From: a virus
Lineage: Duplodnaviria > Caudoviricetes
Reading direction: 5' to 3' (one strand)
Virus record (IMG/VR): IMGVR_UViG_3300028048_000038
Span: 345,538 to 409,537 of that record
Length of the DNA: 64,000 nt
The translations under genes and the position numbers were made by a program. Positions 1 through 10,813 of the stretch are shown piece by piece. How positions within the stretch are numbered: position 1 is the stretch's first letter; each line of letters opens with the position of its first letter. The notes beneath the pieces were generated by a model, which did not search any database, was not told the origin of the DNA, and saw nothing but the letters and a program-made list of their open reading frames with translations.

Positions 1-188
1 TATCTGCCAACAACGTATGTCTCTGTATTTAAGAACTCAATTGCCTTTCCTTCTTGCTGAATATGTGGACGTGCTGCACTCTTGCACCACCACTCTTGAA
101 TACCCAAGTCGCTTGGAAATCTTAACAACCATCTATTTTTTCTCAATGGTTCATAGTTAAGAGGCATTTTCAAAAGTAAATCACTCAT
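1..188 (-). CDS. Tail tube protein (T4 gp19-like), N-terminal part; runs off the window edge
   Basis: Manual translation MSDLLLKMPLNYEPLRKNRWLLRFPSDLGIQEWWCKSAARP...EFLNTETYVVGR. Same strand as, and downstream of, the sheath gene. Confidence 0.7.
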   Translation of the reverse strand, partial: MSDLLLKMPLNYEPLRKNRWLLRFPSDLGIQEWWCKSAARPHIQQEGKAIEFLNTETYVVGR

Positions 189-330
189 TTTTACAAATAT
201 TTTAATCTAGATTATTTTATTATTCTTACTCTATTTTTATTAATAAATATAAAATACCTAGTTTTTTTCACATATTTTTTGGAATTCTTAATTATTTTCT
301 ATATATTTGCCATTACAATACGTAATATCT

Positions 331-711
331 ATGATGGTAAAACTACTTTTATTGATGATTCTAGCCCACATTGCGGATGATTTCTACCTCCAAGGTAACT
401 TGGCAAAGATGAAACAGAAGGTATGGTGGGAAAAATTATTTGAATATAAGTCATTGTATAAATATGACTATAAAATGGCATTATTAATACATTCAATGTC
501 TTGGTCTATAATGATATTGGTTCCAGCAATGATATTGTTGCCCACAATATCTTCATATATACTATTTAGTATATTTATCTTCAATGCTATAATACATTAT
601 ATAGTCGATAATGAAAAGTGTAATAAACTAAGAATAAACCTTATGGCTGACCAAACAATACACCTTCTACAAGTGATTGTAACATGGGTGTTGTTATGCC
701 AAATGTGGTAA
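331..711 (+). CDS. DUF3307-like membrane protein
   Basis: LAHIADDFYLQ...HYIVD...DQTIH His/Asp pattern with hydrophobic segments. Confidence 0.65.
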   Translation: MMVKLLLLMILAHIADDFYLQGNLAKMKQKVWWEKLFEYKSLYKYDYKMALLIHSMSWSIMILVPAMILLPTISSYILFSIFIFNAIIHYIVDNEKCNKLRINLMADQTIHLLQVIVTWVLLCQMW

Positions 712-777
712 ATATATGTTAAATTGAGTTACAAAGGAATTGCTCATTAACAAAAACATTGACTCTGAATACGGATT

Positions 778-1311
778 ATGAACGAAAAGGAATTAATATC
801 AAAAGGTAAACATCTTGCTTTCCTTCTAAGGCACGATAAGGAAGCGTTTGAGAATGGTCTCATTGACCATAACGGCTGGAGAAGTGTTTCAGAACTCATC
901 AAGAATCAAGGTTATACAAAAGAACTTCTTGATGGAATTGTTGAGACAAATAATAAACAACGTTATGAATATAATGGGGACAAAACCAAGATAAGGGCAA
1001 GGCAAGGTCATTCAATTAATGTTGATGTTGGATTAACTGAAACAATACCGCCAAATACATTGTATCACGGAACTTCAACAAAGGCATTAGAATCGATTTA
1101 CAAGCAAGGAATTCTCAAAGGTGAGAGATTGTACGTCCACTTGTCAAAAGACGAAGAGACAGCCTTAAAAGTGGGTTCTAGGCACGGTACACCATATGTG
1201 CTTGAAATTAATTCTGAACAAATGTATAAGGATGGGATAAAATTCTATCTTTCAAGCAATGGAGTTTGGCTTACAGATTATGTGGATACTAAATACATAA
1301 AAAAAGCGTAG
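778..1311 (+). CDS. kptA: RNA 2'-phosphotransferase (Tpt1/KptA family)
   Basis: LLRH, KQRY, IRARQGHS, LYHGT, YVHLS and NGVWLT motifs. Confidence 0.93.
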   Translation: MNEKELISKGKHLAFLLRHDKEAFENGLIDHNGWRSVSELIKNQGYTKELLDGIVETNNKQRYEYNGDKTKIRARQGHSINVDVGLTETIPPNTLYHGTSTKALESIYKQGILKGERLYVHLSKDEETALKVGSRHGTPYVLEINSEQMYKDGIKFYLSSNGVWLTDYVDTKYIKKA

Positions 1312-1334
1312 GGAATTAAATCTCTACGCTTTTT
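1301..1334. terminator. Bidirectional intrinsic terminator between convergent kptA and sheath genes
   Basis: AAAAAGCGTAGGGA-loop-TCTCTACGCTTTTT. Confidence 0.75.
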
Positions 1335-1348
1335 ATTTATAGTGTTAT

Positions 1349-4300
1349 TTAAATGTCATCAAATGAAACTCCTTCTGGAGTGATGATGAAGTCGATTGTA
1401 ATGTACTCTAATGCATTGTAAGGTTTTATGTAAATCTTACATGGAAGCTCTCTTCTCTCCCTTGACTCGATTGTATCGTTAACTTCAATTCTGTAATCAG
1501 AGATACCTCTATTGCTTCTGATGCTATCCAAGATTGGGGTTACAGTAGAAATGAATGACTGCTTAACAGTTGAATCATTTGGTTCAAAGATAAGACCAAT
1601 ACAAGAGATTGCAATCAACTTTCTCAATCTAAGAAGCAATCTACGAACTGCGATTCTGTTGAGCTGAGACTCGTTAATCTGTAAGTTCTTCTGGCCCCAA
1701 ATCTTAGGACCGTCTTGAGCAAATGTCTTAATTGGGTTGATTCTACCCTCATAAAGAACGTCCTCATCTCCAAGCTTGGTAATGAAGTGTGCTCTCACAC
1801 AATCAACGTTACCTCTTGAAATACCTGCAGGTGCGAACCAAGGATATGCTGTATTATCAGTCTGTGCAAAGTTTCTAACTGCATCCTTTGTTGCTGGAAG
1901 ATAGATGTACTGATTGTTATCTTGGTCAAGATACTTAACCCAAGGATAATATGTACAACTATAGTTAGAATCAATCTCAGAATCCTCAAGATTACCAACT
2001 GCCTCATCTGGAGTGAACATTTCATCAACGTAGTCGCCAGCACCACTTGGTTTATCAGGAGTTGTAACCACATATATTGAATCAGCTCTCTCTTCCTCAA
2101 TCATTTCGATTGCCTCCTCTACAAGAAGCCTATTGTTTACATAGTCTATACCTGGAGTAGCGAATACGTTAATATCTGTTGCCTCTGGGTTAGAGAACTG
2201 TCTGATACCACTAAGGTAAGCATACCAGTCAGAGGTAATACCATTCTGATTCAATTGTAGAAGGTCTGGATTCTTAATTCTATTGAATGCATAACCCTCA
2301 CCACTACCTTGGTTGATGAAGCCTCTGTACTGAGACATCTTGTAGCCATCAGTGTTGGTTCTCTGGTCTCTGTAATCATCCCATCCATCGAATCCTCCAT
2401 AGAAGAATACTGTGAACTTACGAAGATTTACATACTCATAGATTGAACCGAACATATCGTCTTCAGTACCAATGATTGGTGGTTCAGACAATGTAGAAGT
2501 TCTAGAGTTTGTAGAAACGCAATCGAACTTATATCCACTTTCACCATCAACGGTGTATGCTGAGATGCCTCCATTATCAGCATCAAGTCTTGAATCAAGG
2601 TGGAAACCTCTAGTCATGAATTGTGGATTGTCAATATACGCCTTATTACCCTTGAAGGTAAAGTTGTCAATGTCTACACCAACCCAAGAAGAAAGACCGA
2701 AGTATTGTTTTCTATTCTTAATATCTGGGTCGAAGAATCTATTGTACTTTAATGTTGGGAATGCAACACTGTTTCTATCACCGTCAATTGGGAGACCGTT
2801 ATACTGAGGTATAGGATAACCCAAGAAACCAGCAGGCACTGACATCTTAGCTGCTGTGGTCTCATTTACTTCAACTGTGATGTACTTAGACTTAGATTCA
2901 TATACGCCATCGAATGAGCCAATCTTATACGCAATATAGTTACTATCGCCTGGAATCATTGAGCATCTTCCAAATCTCTCAAGTGGCATAATCTGTTCAT
3001 CAGCATCATCCACTCTGCGAACAATGACATCGAACAAGCCATCATCTGGTCTGATGTTCTCAATTGATACCTTAACCTCATAGTTGGCATTGTTACCATC
3101 TGTAATTGTATGGAATCTGAACAACTTGTTAACTTCAACATGGTCAAAGTCACCCTTCAAGTTAGATACAATCCAAGGTGTAGAAGCATATCTGTATGCT
3201 GACTTGTAGTCATTCATGTCAAGCTCAACATATGCAACATCACTAGCATCCTCATTCATTCTGTAATAAAGACCGTCATAGGTGTTGAGAACCAACTTAG
3301 ATGCTTTCCAATTAGTTGTATTATCGTTGTTCTTTGTTCCACCACTGAGAAGATTACCATAGACATTGGTCAATTCAGCGCCACTAGCAATGATTTCCTC
3401 AAATCCCTCAGAATAATAACCATATTGATAAACCCTCTTACCATCAGCATTTGTATATTGCCTTACAGTGTAAATCTGTCCTGCAATAGCATCTTCACTC
3501 TTTATTTGGGTTTTTCCATTAACAACTTCAGTCAATGGCTTATTGGTCTTGTAGTTATAAGGAACAACCTTAATGCCTAATTCATTTGATTCTTTATCAG
3601 CTAAAAATCTCATACCAACATGCTTTCTTCTAAGCGTTGTCTCAGCCATTCTCAAAAGTCCACCAACTGGCTCATGATGACAATAATCAGCAGTATAATA
3701 TACGTTAAACTGCTTCAAACTATCGTCAATCACATTAACTCTATCCTCAATGATTGCTTGGTCAAGAGCAACATCATAAAGAGACTCAACGAATATTGGA
3801 GCATCACCATCATAAGGTTTTGAGCCAAGAACGTTAAGAATGTACTCCTTATCATATGGATTAAGCGTTACTGGATACTCGAAATAACCCTTTGCAATTG
3901 CCTCTTCTCTTTCCTCAGTAGTTCCACTATATCCTTTGTTGATAATATCCCTTACCTCTGGATTCTCTTCCGTATCACTGTATACACCTTTTACGCCAAC
4001 AAGCTTGAATCTGCCGTGATTGTTCTGAGAAATATAGAAATTGGTTGAAGCGGTATCACCACTCATTCCATAACCACTACATTCATTACCATTGCTGTCC
4101 ATTGGGACATAAGGCTTAATCTGAAGAGCATTCATATTATAACCGTTCTTGTCACAAATATTGGTTGCGTCACCGCTATTTGGTTTCTCACCAACAAAGT
4201 ACTTAAGAACATCATATTTTGATTCCTCACAAACACAATCAGTGGTAGAACCAGTCTCATATGGGTTATAAGTACCTCTTGAACGGATTACAGCAACAGC

Positions 4301-4690
4301 AGTAGTGCCACTTGTTTGTGTGTTACCACTTTCATCTTTATATTCTTTTGAAGCTGTAACAATCCAAGCTGGACCTGCATTATAGCCACTAAGACCGAGA
4401 ACACGAACAACCTTAAGCTGCTCTGACTCGCTCAAGTAAGACTTAGCGATATAAGGCAACTCGTATTTAGGATATTGACTTCCTTTGAATTTCTCCGTAC
4501 TTGTTCCACCAAACACCTCTTGGAACTCACGCCAATTAGAAATATCCATTGGCTGAAAAGCTGGACCCTTCAAGGTCTCACCAACAACACCAAGTGTTGT
4601 GATTCCAAGGCTACGAACAGCGTAGTTGATGTCTATCTCACGAGTATAGATACCCGGTGAAACATGTATTCCTCTTGCATTATCTGCCAT
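1349..4690 (-). CDS. Tail sheath protein (T4 gp18-like)
   Basis: VSPGIYTREID N-terminus; PWFAPAG.SRG, INPI, IWGQK, RIAVRRLL, FEPND and IKP..ALEYI.IDF C-terminal motifs. Confidence 0.95.
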   Translation of the reverse strand: MADNARGIHVSPGIYTREIDINYAVRSLGITTLGVVGETLKGPAFQPMDISNWREFQEVFGGTSTEKFKGSQYPKYELPYIAKSYLSESEQLKVVRVLGLSGYNAGPAWIVTASKEYKDESGNTQTSGTTAVAVIRSRGTYNPYETGSTTDCVCEESKYDVLKYFVGEKPNSGDATNICDKNGYNMNALQIKPYVPMDSNGNECSGYGMSGDTASTNFYISQNNHGRFKLVGVKGVYSDTEENPEVRDIINKGYSGTTEEREEAIAKGYFEYPVTLNPYDKEYILNVLGSKPYDGDAPIFVESLYDVALDQAIIEDRVNVIDDSLKQFNVYYTADYCHHEPVGGLLRMAETTLRRKHVGMRFLADKESNELGIKVVPYNYKTNKPLTEVVNGKTQIKSEDAIAGQIYTVRQYTNADGKRVYQYGYYSEGFEEIIASGAELTNVYGNLLSGGTKNNDNTTNWKASKLVLNTYDGLYYRMNEDASDVAYVELDMNDYKSAYRYASTPWIVSNLKGDFDHVEVNKLFRFHTITDGNNANYEVKVSIENIRPDDGLFDVIVRRVDDADEQIMPLERFGRCSMIPGDSNYIAYKIGSFDGVYESKSKYITVEVNETTAAKMSVPAGFLGYPIPQYNGLPIDGDRNSVAFPTLKYNRFFDPDIKNRKQYFGLSSWVGVDIDNFTFKGNKAYIDNPQFMTRGFHLDSRLDADNGGISAYTVDGESGYKFDCVSTNSRTSTLSEPPIIGTEDDMFGSIYEYVNLRKFTVFFYGGFDGWDDYRDQRTNTDGYKMSQYRGFINQGSGEGYAFNRIKNPDLLQLNQNGITSDWYAYLSGIRQFSNPEATDINVFATPGIDYVNNRLLVEEAIEMIEEERADSIYVVTTPDKPSGAGDYVDEMFTPDEAVGNLEDSEIDSNYSCTYYPWVKYLDQDNNQYIYLPATKDAVRNFAQTDNTAYPWFAPAGISRGNVDCVRAHFITKLGDEDVLYEGRINPIKTFAQDGPKIWGQKNLQINESQLNRIAVRRLLLRLRKLIAISCIGLIFEPNDSTVKQSFISTVTPILDSIRSNRGISDYRIEVNDTIESRERRELPCKIYIKPYNALEYITIDFIITPEGVSFDDI

Positions 4691-4832
4691 AATTCTTGAA
4701 ATATTTTAATTTTATTAGTTATTTTCTTTTATATAAATATTTACTCACTTTCATTAATTCATAAGGACATAAAAAAAGCAGTCAAAAAACTTGACTGCTT
4801 GATATTTAATTGTTTTATTTTTTGCCGCACCG

Positions 4833-5144
4833 TTATTGTTTATCTTTATAATCAGATTTCCTAAATCTTGAGTAACCTCTTGTTAATGTAGTTCCACTAG
4901 ATTCACCATTTAACCAAGTAATGAGACTCCACTCAAAGTTTACCATTTTTTCCGTTTCCCATATATTCCACATCCTAATAGTATATTCTTTCCCATCTAT
5001 CGTCAGATAGATTCTATCCAAATCCCAATCATCTATTGTTATTGTTTCAGTCTTGATATTACTTCTTTTTAAAACATTCTCTGTGAATGGAATTAATAAA
5101 ATGTTGTCCTTAAATTCTGAATTGTTAATAAAATTGTACTTCAT
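4833..5144 (-). CDS. Hypothetical protein
   Basis: 103-aa ORF with the late-type motif upstream. Confidence 0.6.
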   Translation of the reverse strand: MKYNFINNSEFKDNILLIPFTENVLKRSNIKTETITIDDWDLDRIYLTIDGKEYTIRMWNIWETEKMVNFEWSLITWLNGESSGTTLTRGYSRFRKSDYKDKQ

Positions 5145-5219
5145 AAAGTATAAAAATTAAAAATAGTTATTAGTAAAAAATCATATAAAACTTATATATA
5201 AATATTAAAAATTTTACTT

Positions 5220-6899
5220 TTATTTTAAAGACTTTCTCCATACATATTTGAATAATCCACAATCCCAAATCCTATCATACCCAAGTTCCTTTGCCATTTC
5301 GAGTTCTGTCATCGTCATTGGAAAACCATATTTTTTACTTAATATTGACTTGCACATTGACATTTTATGTACTCTTTTATATCTATCTATTTTTTCGTTA
5401 TAATATCTATAATCTGGTTTTGTTATGTTTTCCAATTCAAACCCAAGTTTTGTATAAAGATTATTATCACTCCAAGGTGTCCATCTTCTATCAGCAAATG
5501 ATACAACTGCACTTGGTTCATAACCTCTAATAAAATAAGTAAACATTTTGCTTGCAACGCCTTGATATATATAATTGTAATCCGTAGCAAAACGCACAAG
5601 TTCCCAATCTTTATTTTTTACATTTCCATTCTTAAATGCCATTACAGCAACGAGTTTGTCTTCATAAAAGCCTCCAAGATAAACACTACTTTTATAGAAC
5701 CCTTGTATATGATATTTCTCTAAAAATTCTTTTGCATCGTTGCTTAATATTTCACGAACTTGAATTTTACGCCCAGCTATACGTGGTAAATCATAATCTT
5801 TTTTAAGTATATGTTTTAATTTAGTTAAAACTACTTCCTTTTTATTGACATATTCATCTTCAAAAATATGAATTAACCCATAACCTTTTTCATTACATTG
5901 CTCTGTCTTTTCTGAATGATATTTATGATTTTTCTTACCAAAAAATTCTGTATGCCACTTTAATCCGTCAAACTCAATTCCAATCCTAGCATGTGGAATA
6001 AGAATATCAATTTCTCTACCTATTAGAATTTGCCTATTAGCATCATGTTCGACACCAAGACTTGAAATATATTCACTTATTTCCCTTTCATATGAGGAAA
6101 TAAATCTACTTTTAGAAACTACAAGATTTCCAAGTTTCATGTCTCTTTTTGCTTGTTCAAGCATGTCCTTTGACATAATTGTAACATTTGGATATGCTTT
6201 TTTGAACTCAACCATGCCAATATTGTGTACATTTCTAAGATGACTATATGTTATCTTTGGCATTTTCTTACCGCATATTGGACATATGACATAGTTATTA
6301 GGGTTTTCAAGATGTTTTTGTTTTTCTATTTCTTTTGCTTGTTTTTTGAAGTATACATAATCTTCTGGGTGATTTTTTAGATGACTTTCCACACTCATTT
6401 TATGAACTGACGTTAAATGGTGAGTAAATGCCCCACTTAAATTATTTTCATCGTTTGTTCCCCAATCGCAATATGGACATTTTACCTTATATTCAATGTC
6501 TTTCTCCTCTTTTATATAAAACCATTGTTCCCACCAATAGTTTCCAGTTTCCATATAATATTTCCTTCTATCATACAATGATGGTATTTCAACATTATAA
6601 ACATTCTTAATATGTGATGTAAGAAATCCACCATTATTCATATAATCATTATATGCGATACCATTTTGTTTATCAACTGCAATATAATGGAAACCATCAT
6701 GCTTTTTATATTTTTCAATACTATAGTCAGCAATAACAAATGAACTCTTATCTATAGGCTGTTTACCTTTTTTCCTAAGTTCAACGCCATTTTCAGATAA
6801 AATGTTCTTTAATCTTATTTTTCCAATATGATATTTTGCACAAACATCATATATCCCCATTCCACCTTGGTAGTCTTTTATAATTTCTTCGTTATTCAT
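5220..6899 (-). CDS. Hef-like free-standing homing endonuclease (Zn fingers, Vsr/PD-(D/E)xK nuclease, C-terminal acetyltransferase-like domain)
   Basis: CPYC and CPICG fingers; EIDILIP...IGIEFDGLKWH...IHIFEDE; WELVRFA...SFADRRW...IWDCG. AT-rich, has its own promoter, lies next to the capsid gene. Confidence 0.75.
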   Translation of the reverse strand: MNNEEIIKDYQGGMGIYDVCAKYHIGKIRLKNILSENGVELRKKGKQPIDKSSFVIADYSIEKYKKHDGFHYIAVDKQNGIAYNDYMNNGGFLTSHIKNVYNVEIPSLYDRRKYYMETGNYWWEQWFYIKEEKDIEYKVKCPYCDWGTNDENNLSGAFTHHLTSVHKMSVESHLKNHPEDYVYFKKQAKEIEKQKHLENPNNYVICPICGKKMPKITYSHLRNVHNIGMVEFKKAYPNVTIMSKDMLEQAKRDMKLGNLVVSKSRFISSYEREISEYISSLGVEHDANRQILIGREIDILIPHARIGIEFDGLKWHTEFFGKKNHKYHSEKTEQCNEKGYGLIHIFEDEYVNKKEVVLTKLKHILKKDYDLPRIAGRKIQVREILSNDAKEFLEKYHIQGFYKSSVYLGGFYEDKLVAVMAFKNGNVKNKDWELVRFATDYNYIYQGVASKMFTYFIRGYEPSAVVSFADRRWTPWSDNNLYTKLGFELENITKPDYRYYNEKIDRYKRVHKMSMCKSILSKKYGFPMTMTELEMAKELGYDRIWDCGLFKYVWRKSLK

Positions 6900-7075
6900 A
6901 CCTATTATATTTTTATAGCGCAAAGATATATAAAAAAAATTAAAATTCCAAACTTTAATTCACTTTTTTTATATAAATATTAGGTACAAACATAAAAGGA
7001 TTGAGTATGAAATAAAAAAAACTTGAGCAGTTTACACCACTCAAGTTTTTATATAAGTTATTGATTTTCAGTGAT

Positions 7076-9094
7076 TTATCTGAATTCATTAATGCTCCAA
7101 TGAACAAGTCCATCGACTCTCACGTGGCCATAGTACCTATTATTCACCATCTTCTTCGCATAACGTGTCATGATACCCTTTACTGGTGCGAAGTTGAATG
7201 GGTTGTACATAGTAGGAGTCAACTGCATTGGCACATATGGTGCATAAATGTAACCTGTGTCAAGAAGTGACTTACCCTTATGACCGATAATCATTGACCA
7301 GTGTGGAGAATATGGGTCACGGTAAACTTGGTAACGTCCACCAAGAGCACCAATCTTCTCAATACCCATGTTGTATTGGTCGCTTTCTGCACTTGCGTCT
7401 GAAACGTGGAAGTACTCAAGGTTATCGAACAATGCAGAAATCTCTGAAGATACTACAATGAAGTTAGCGCCACCACGAAGTGTAGACTTGTGAATCTGTG
7501 CAGAAATCTGGTTAATCTTAGTCATCAACTCTTGATTCCAATCCTTCTGAGTGTAGTTGGTTGAGAATGCAGCCATACGTCTCCAACCATTAACATCCCA
7601 ACGAGCCTGCCAAGGTGCACCCTTACGCAAGTCACGAAGAATCTCACGGTCAATTTCTGCTGCAATCTGCTCTGAAAGGATAGCTGTCAACTCAGCCTCT
7701 GCGTCAATGTTGTGGAATGCAGAAACGTCTTGTGCAAGCTCTGGAGACCATGTTGCACGAAGTTTTCTCTCCTCAACTGATACAGTTACTGAATCAAGCT
7801 TGAAGCTAACCTCACCGATTTCGGTCTCAAGCTCAAGAGAATCATACTGTGCCCAAGCAATCTTGAAGAGAGCCTTCAAAGCATCCTTAGTTGCTTGTGG
7901 GTCATCTGGAGTGATTGCTGCATCAAGAGCTGCTGCGTCAACACCAACATAACCATCGATTGTACCTGCTTGCTGAACTACTGGTTTAGCGAGGTCAAGT
8001 TCGATATACATCTTACCTTCTGCATCGCAAGCTGCACCGTACTCTACGATACCCTTACCATACTTCTGAGTAACAACTCTGAATGGAACAGACTCGAACT
8101 TACGGAAAGCTGCGGTCTGAACGCTCTCTGAGCCAGGAACGGTTGCTGCTGCAATTTCCTTCTGAGTGATAACCTTAAGAGAAGCAAGGAATCCTTCAGT
8201 GTCCATTTCGTTTCCATCAGGACCAGTCAACTTACTTGCGTTGAATGAAGAGAAACCATCAATCTCAAGGATGACGTTACGGATAGTACCATCGAATCCA
8301 CTCTTGAAGTACTGATTAAGGTTGTCAGCACCGAATGGGCGAACACCACTAGGAGCCAAGAATACTGGAATAGCCTCACCAACCTTAATAGTTACCTTAC
8401 CCTTTGAGTTGTCATACAAGAAGTCGTTGTAGAACAAGTCATACAAACTCTTCTGGAAGTACTGAGTTACCTCAGGACCAACTCTACGGATAGCAGTTGG
8501 GTTAAGACCTGCTGCCTCTGCTGCTGCTTTAGCTGCATCGAAGGTTGCATAAGTAGTCTCATCGCTAAGAACTGGAATATACCATGCATCTTGAAGCTCA
8601 TTGATTGTCTCATCTGGGAGATAGTATCTTGGCTCAACACGACCTTCCTTATTACGGTTTACACGGTCATAGCCCATAAGTCCCTTATGACGACCAGTTG
8701 TACCATCGATGATATCACCTGGTTCTGCTTGTGCATCTGCTGGAACTTCCCACTCTCTCTCTGAAGTAACAGGGAGGATGAAGAACAACTTACCAACAGG
8801 AAGGTTCATAGCTTGAACTGATACGATGTCATTAGCAAGAAGCTTGCTGAACACACGTCTAATAATAGGGAAAACAACGGTCTCAAAAGAACCACTGTTA
8901 TCAGAAGCAGTAGCCTCGTAAATCAAGTGCTTTGCCTCATTCTCATACAATGTAGCAACATTCTCCTTGATACCCTCTGGAAGACCCTCAGTGAAACCGA
9001 GATTGTCCCAACGGTTCTGAATGCTCTCACGTATCTGTTTTTGTGCGTTGTACTCAATATTTCCAACTACACCACTTGATAGAAATTCTTTCAT
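7076..9094 (-). CDS. Major capsid protein (T4 gp23-like) with a large central insertion
   Basis: PIIRRV...DIVSVQAM..PVG, RKLRATWSPELAQD..AFH.IDAEAELT.ILSE.IAAEIDREI, YIYAPY.P, GIMTRY. Confidence 0.96.
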   Translation of the reverse strand: MKEFLSSGVVGNIEYNAQKQIRESIQNRWDNLGFTEGLPEGIKENVATLYENEAKHLIYEATASDNSGSFETVVFPIIRRVFSKLLANDIVSVQAMNLPVGKLFFILPVTSEREWEVPADAQAEPGDIIDGTTGRHKGLMGYDRVNRNKEGRVEPRYYLPDETINELQDAWYIPVLSDETTYATFDAAKAAAEAAGLNPTAIRRVGPEVTQYFQKSLYDLFYNDFLYDNSKGKVTIKVGEAIPVFLAPSGVRPFGADNLNQYFKSGFDGTIRNVILEIDGFSSFNASKLTGPDGNEMDTEGFLASLKVITQKEIAAATVPGSESVQTAAFRKFESVPFRVVTQKYGKGIVEYGAACDAEGKMYIELDLAKPVVQQAGTIDGYVGVDAAALDAAITPDDPQATKDALKALFKIAWAQYDSLELETEIGEVSFKLDSVTVSVEERKLRATWSPELAQDVSAFHNIDAEAELTAILSEQIAAEIDREILRDLRKGAPWQARWDVNGWRRMAAFSTNYTQKDWNQELMTKINQISAQIHKSTLRGGANFIVVSSEISALFDNLEYFHVSDASAESDQYNMGIEKIGALGGRYQVYRDPYSPHWSMIIGHKGKSLLDTGYIYAPYVPMQLTPTMYNPFNFAPVKGIMTRYAKKMVNNRYYGHVRVDGLVHWSINEFR

Positions 9095-9134
9095 ATAGAT
9101 AAATGAAGTTTTATTTTACTTAGTTATTTTTTTT

Positions 9135-9143
9135 TATAAATAT
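9135..9143 (-). promoter_or_regulatory. Representative putative late-promoter motif ATATTTAT(A/T) on the sense strand
   Basis: Same motif in the same orientation upstream of nearly all structural genes (positions listed in findings). Confidence 0.65.
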
Positions 9144-9165
9144 ACACGAAATCAGAAAAGTTCAA

Positions 9166-10644
9166 TTATCTCATCATTCTGTGCATTAAATCAAGAGAAT
9201 CTAACAAGTCTTTTGACTTATAGATAGGTGTCTCGTTGATTTTCTGTGAACCCTCAACTGTAAGACTCTTCTCCTCAGTGATGTTCATTTTGTTGGTTTT
9301 CTGAAGTTCACGGCTAATAGTTTCATAAAGTGCTTTTGATGACTCGATGGTCTTACCTTCATTCTTGAATCTATTAATGATTTCCTTCTTCTCATCTTGA
9401 GAAGTTGTGTTCTCAGAAACCAACTTAATAATCTGTGCAAGATTGTGGTTAGTTACAGATACCTTCTTCAACTGCTCCATAAGGTCAGTCAATGTAGCCT
9501 TAAGCTCTTTGTTTTCTTCAAGAACAGTATTTGCCCTCTTAATGAAGCTCTCATTAGTAGGGTTGCCATCGTATTCACCAGCGGTTGAAACGTGATGTTG
9601 GTTCATTGGAGAATTCTTCTTTGCCTTAATAGGGTTATGAGATTTTGTTCCCATCATTCTACCATGAGCACCCATTCTACCACCGCACTCTGCTGCTGAT
9701 TCCTCAAGGTTTTCCTCTTCTTCAAGTTGCTTGCCCTTTTCAGCGTTGAATGGTTTATCTGCCTTATTTTTCTTACTTGGGTATCCAGACCAAGGCTTTG
9801 AGTCACCCTTTGGTACACCTGCATCCCAATCGTTTACATTTTTGCCTGGCTCTGACATACCTGGATTTGTCATTACATCCTTCTTCTGATAATTGTCAGT
9901 GTAGCCTACGTTTGAATCATACTCTAGTACAAGTTCAAACATTCTCTCTGTTGATTCATTCATATCATCCATGTTATTTTCAAAATCATCTTCTGCACTG
10001 TCATCAGTAATTACTTCATCGTCACTTGGTTCAGATGCAGCAACACCAGCTGCCTCACCCTCATCGTCAAGCTTGATTAGGTACTCAGCTCCAGTCTCAT
10101 TGTCTTGAATATTCACATTTCCATTGTCATCTTTATGTACAAGGATTTGGTCATCATTCTTCATTAATTTGTAAACCTTTACGATTTCCTCGTCTTCCGC
10201 ATTTGTAAAGTCATACTCATCGTCTGATACCTTATATTTATCAAACTCTGCCCATTCATCGCCTCCTTCGCCTTCAACAGCTCCGTCATCAGTTGGTTCA
10301 CCCTCTACAGCAGCATCATCAATAACTGAATCGCCACCTTCAAGTTCTCCACCTTCTACATCACCACCTTCAGCGTCCATACCAGCGTCTGCGTCTGCTT
10401 GACCATCGTCAACCACATCGCTAGATTTTGCATCGTTTGTAATATCAGAACTAGTATCTTCCACTTCACCCTCTTCGTAGTCCTTGTCATCGTCCTCAGA
10501 CAATAACTTGGCATATGTATCACGTACAGTCTCACTCAAGAGAGCTTTAACTGCACTCTCCGTATTTTCCTTCAAAGAATTTGCGAGTGTGTTGTAATCC
10601 AATAAAGATTCTCTAACTACTTTGCTTCTAATATTTTTGCTCAT
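9166..10644 (-). CDS. Prohead core/scaffold protein (gp22-like)
   Basis: Acidic low-complexity region plus coiled coil, many [IL]xE motifs, immediately upstream of the capsid gene. Confidence 0.65.
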   Translation of the reverse strand: MSKNIRSKVVRESLLDYNTLANSLKENTESAVKALLSETVRDTYAKLLSEDDDKDYEEGEVEDTSSDITNDAKSSDVVDDGQADADAGMDAEGGDVEGGELEGGDSVIDDAAVEGEPTDDGAVEGEGGDEWAEFDKYKVSDDEYDFTNAEDEEIVKVYKLMKNDDQILVHKDDNGNVNIQDNETGAEYLIKLDDEGEAAGVAASEPSDDEVITDDSAEDDFENNMDDMNESTERMFELVLEYDSNVGYTDNYQKKDVMTNPGMSEPGKNVNDWDAGVPKGDSKPWSGYPSKKNKADKPFNAEKGKQLEEEENLEESAAECGGRMGAHGRMMGTKSHNPIKAKKNSPMNQHHVSTAGEYDGNPTNESFIKRANTVLEENKELKATLTDLMEQLKKVSVTNHNLAQIIKLVSENTTSQDEKKEIINRFKNEGKTIESSKALYETISRELQKTNKMNITEEKSLTVEGSQKINETPIYKSKDLLDSLDLMHRMMR

Positions 10645-10813
10645 TTAGAAAATAGATTTAATACATTATTTTAATTATAAATATACCAAAAATACCAAAA
10701 AAATTCTATATACCCCTAAAAATAATGGAAATATAGATATTTTACTATTTGGTTTTATTGACTAATATATAAATATTTAGAAAAAGACAAATATTTATTA
10801 ATAAAAAATATTA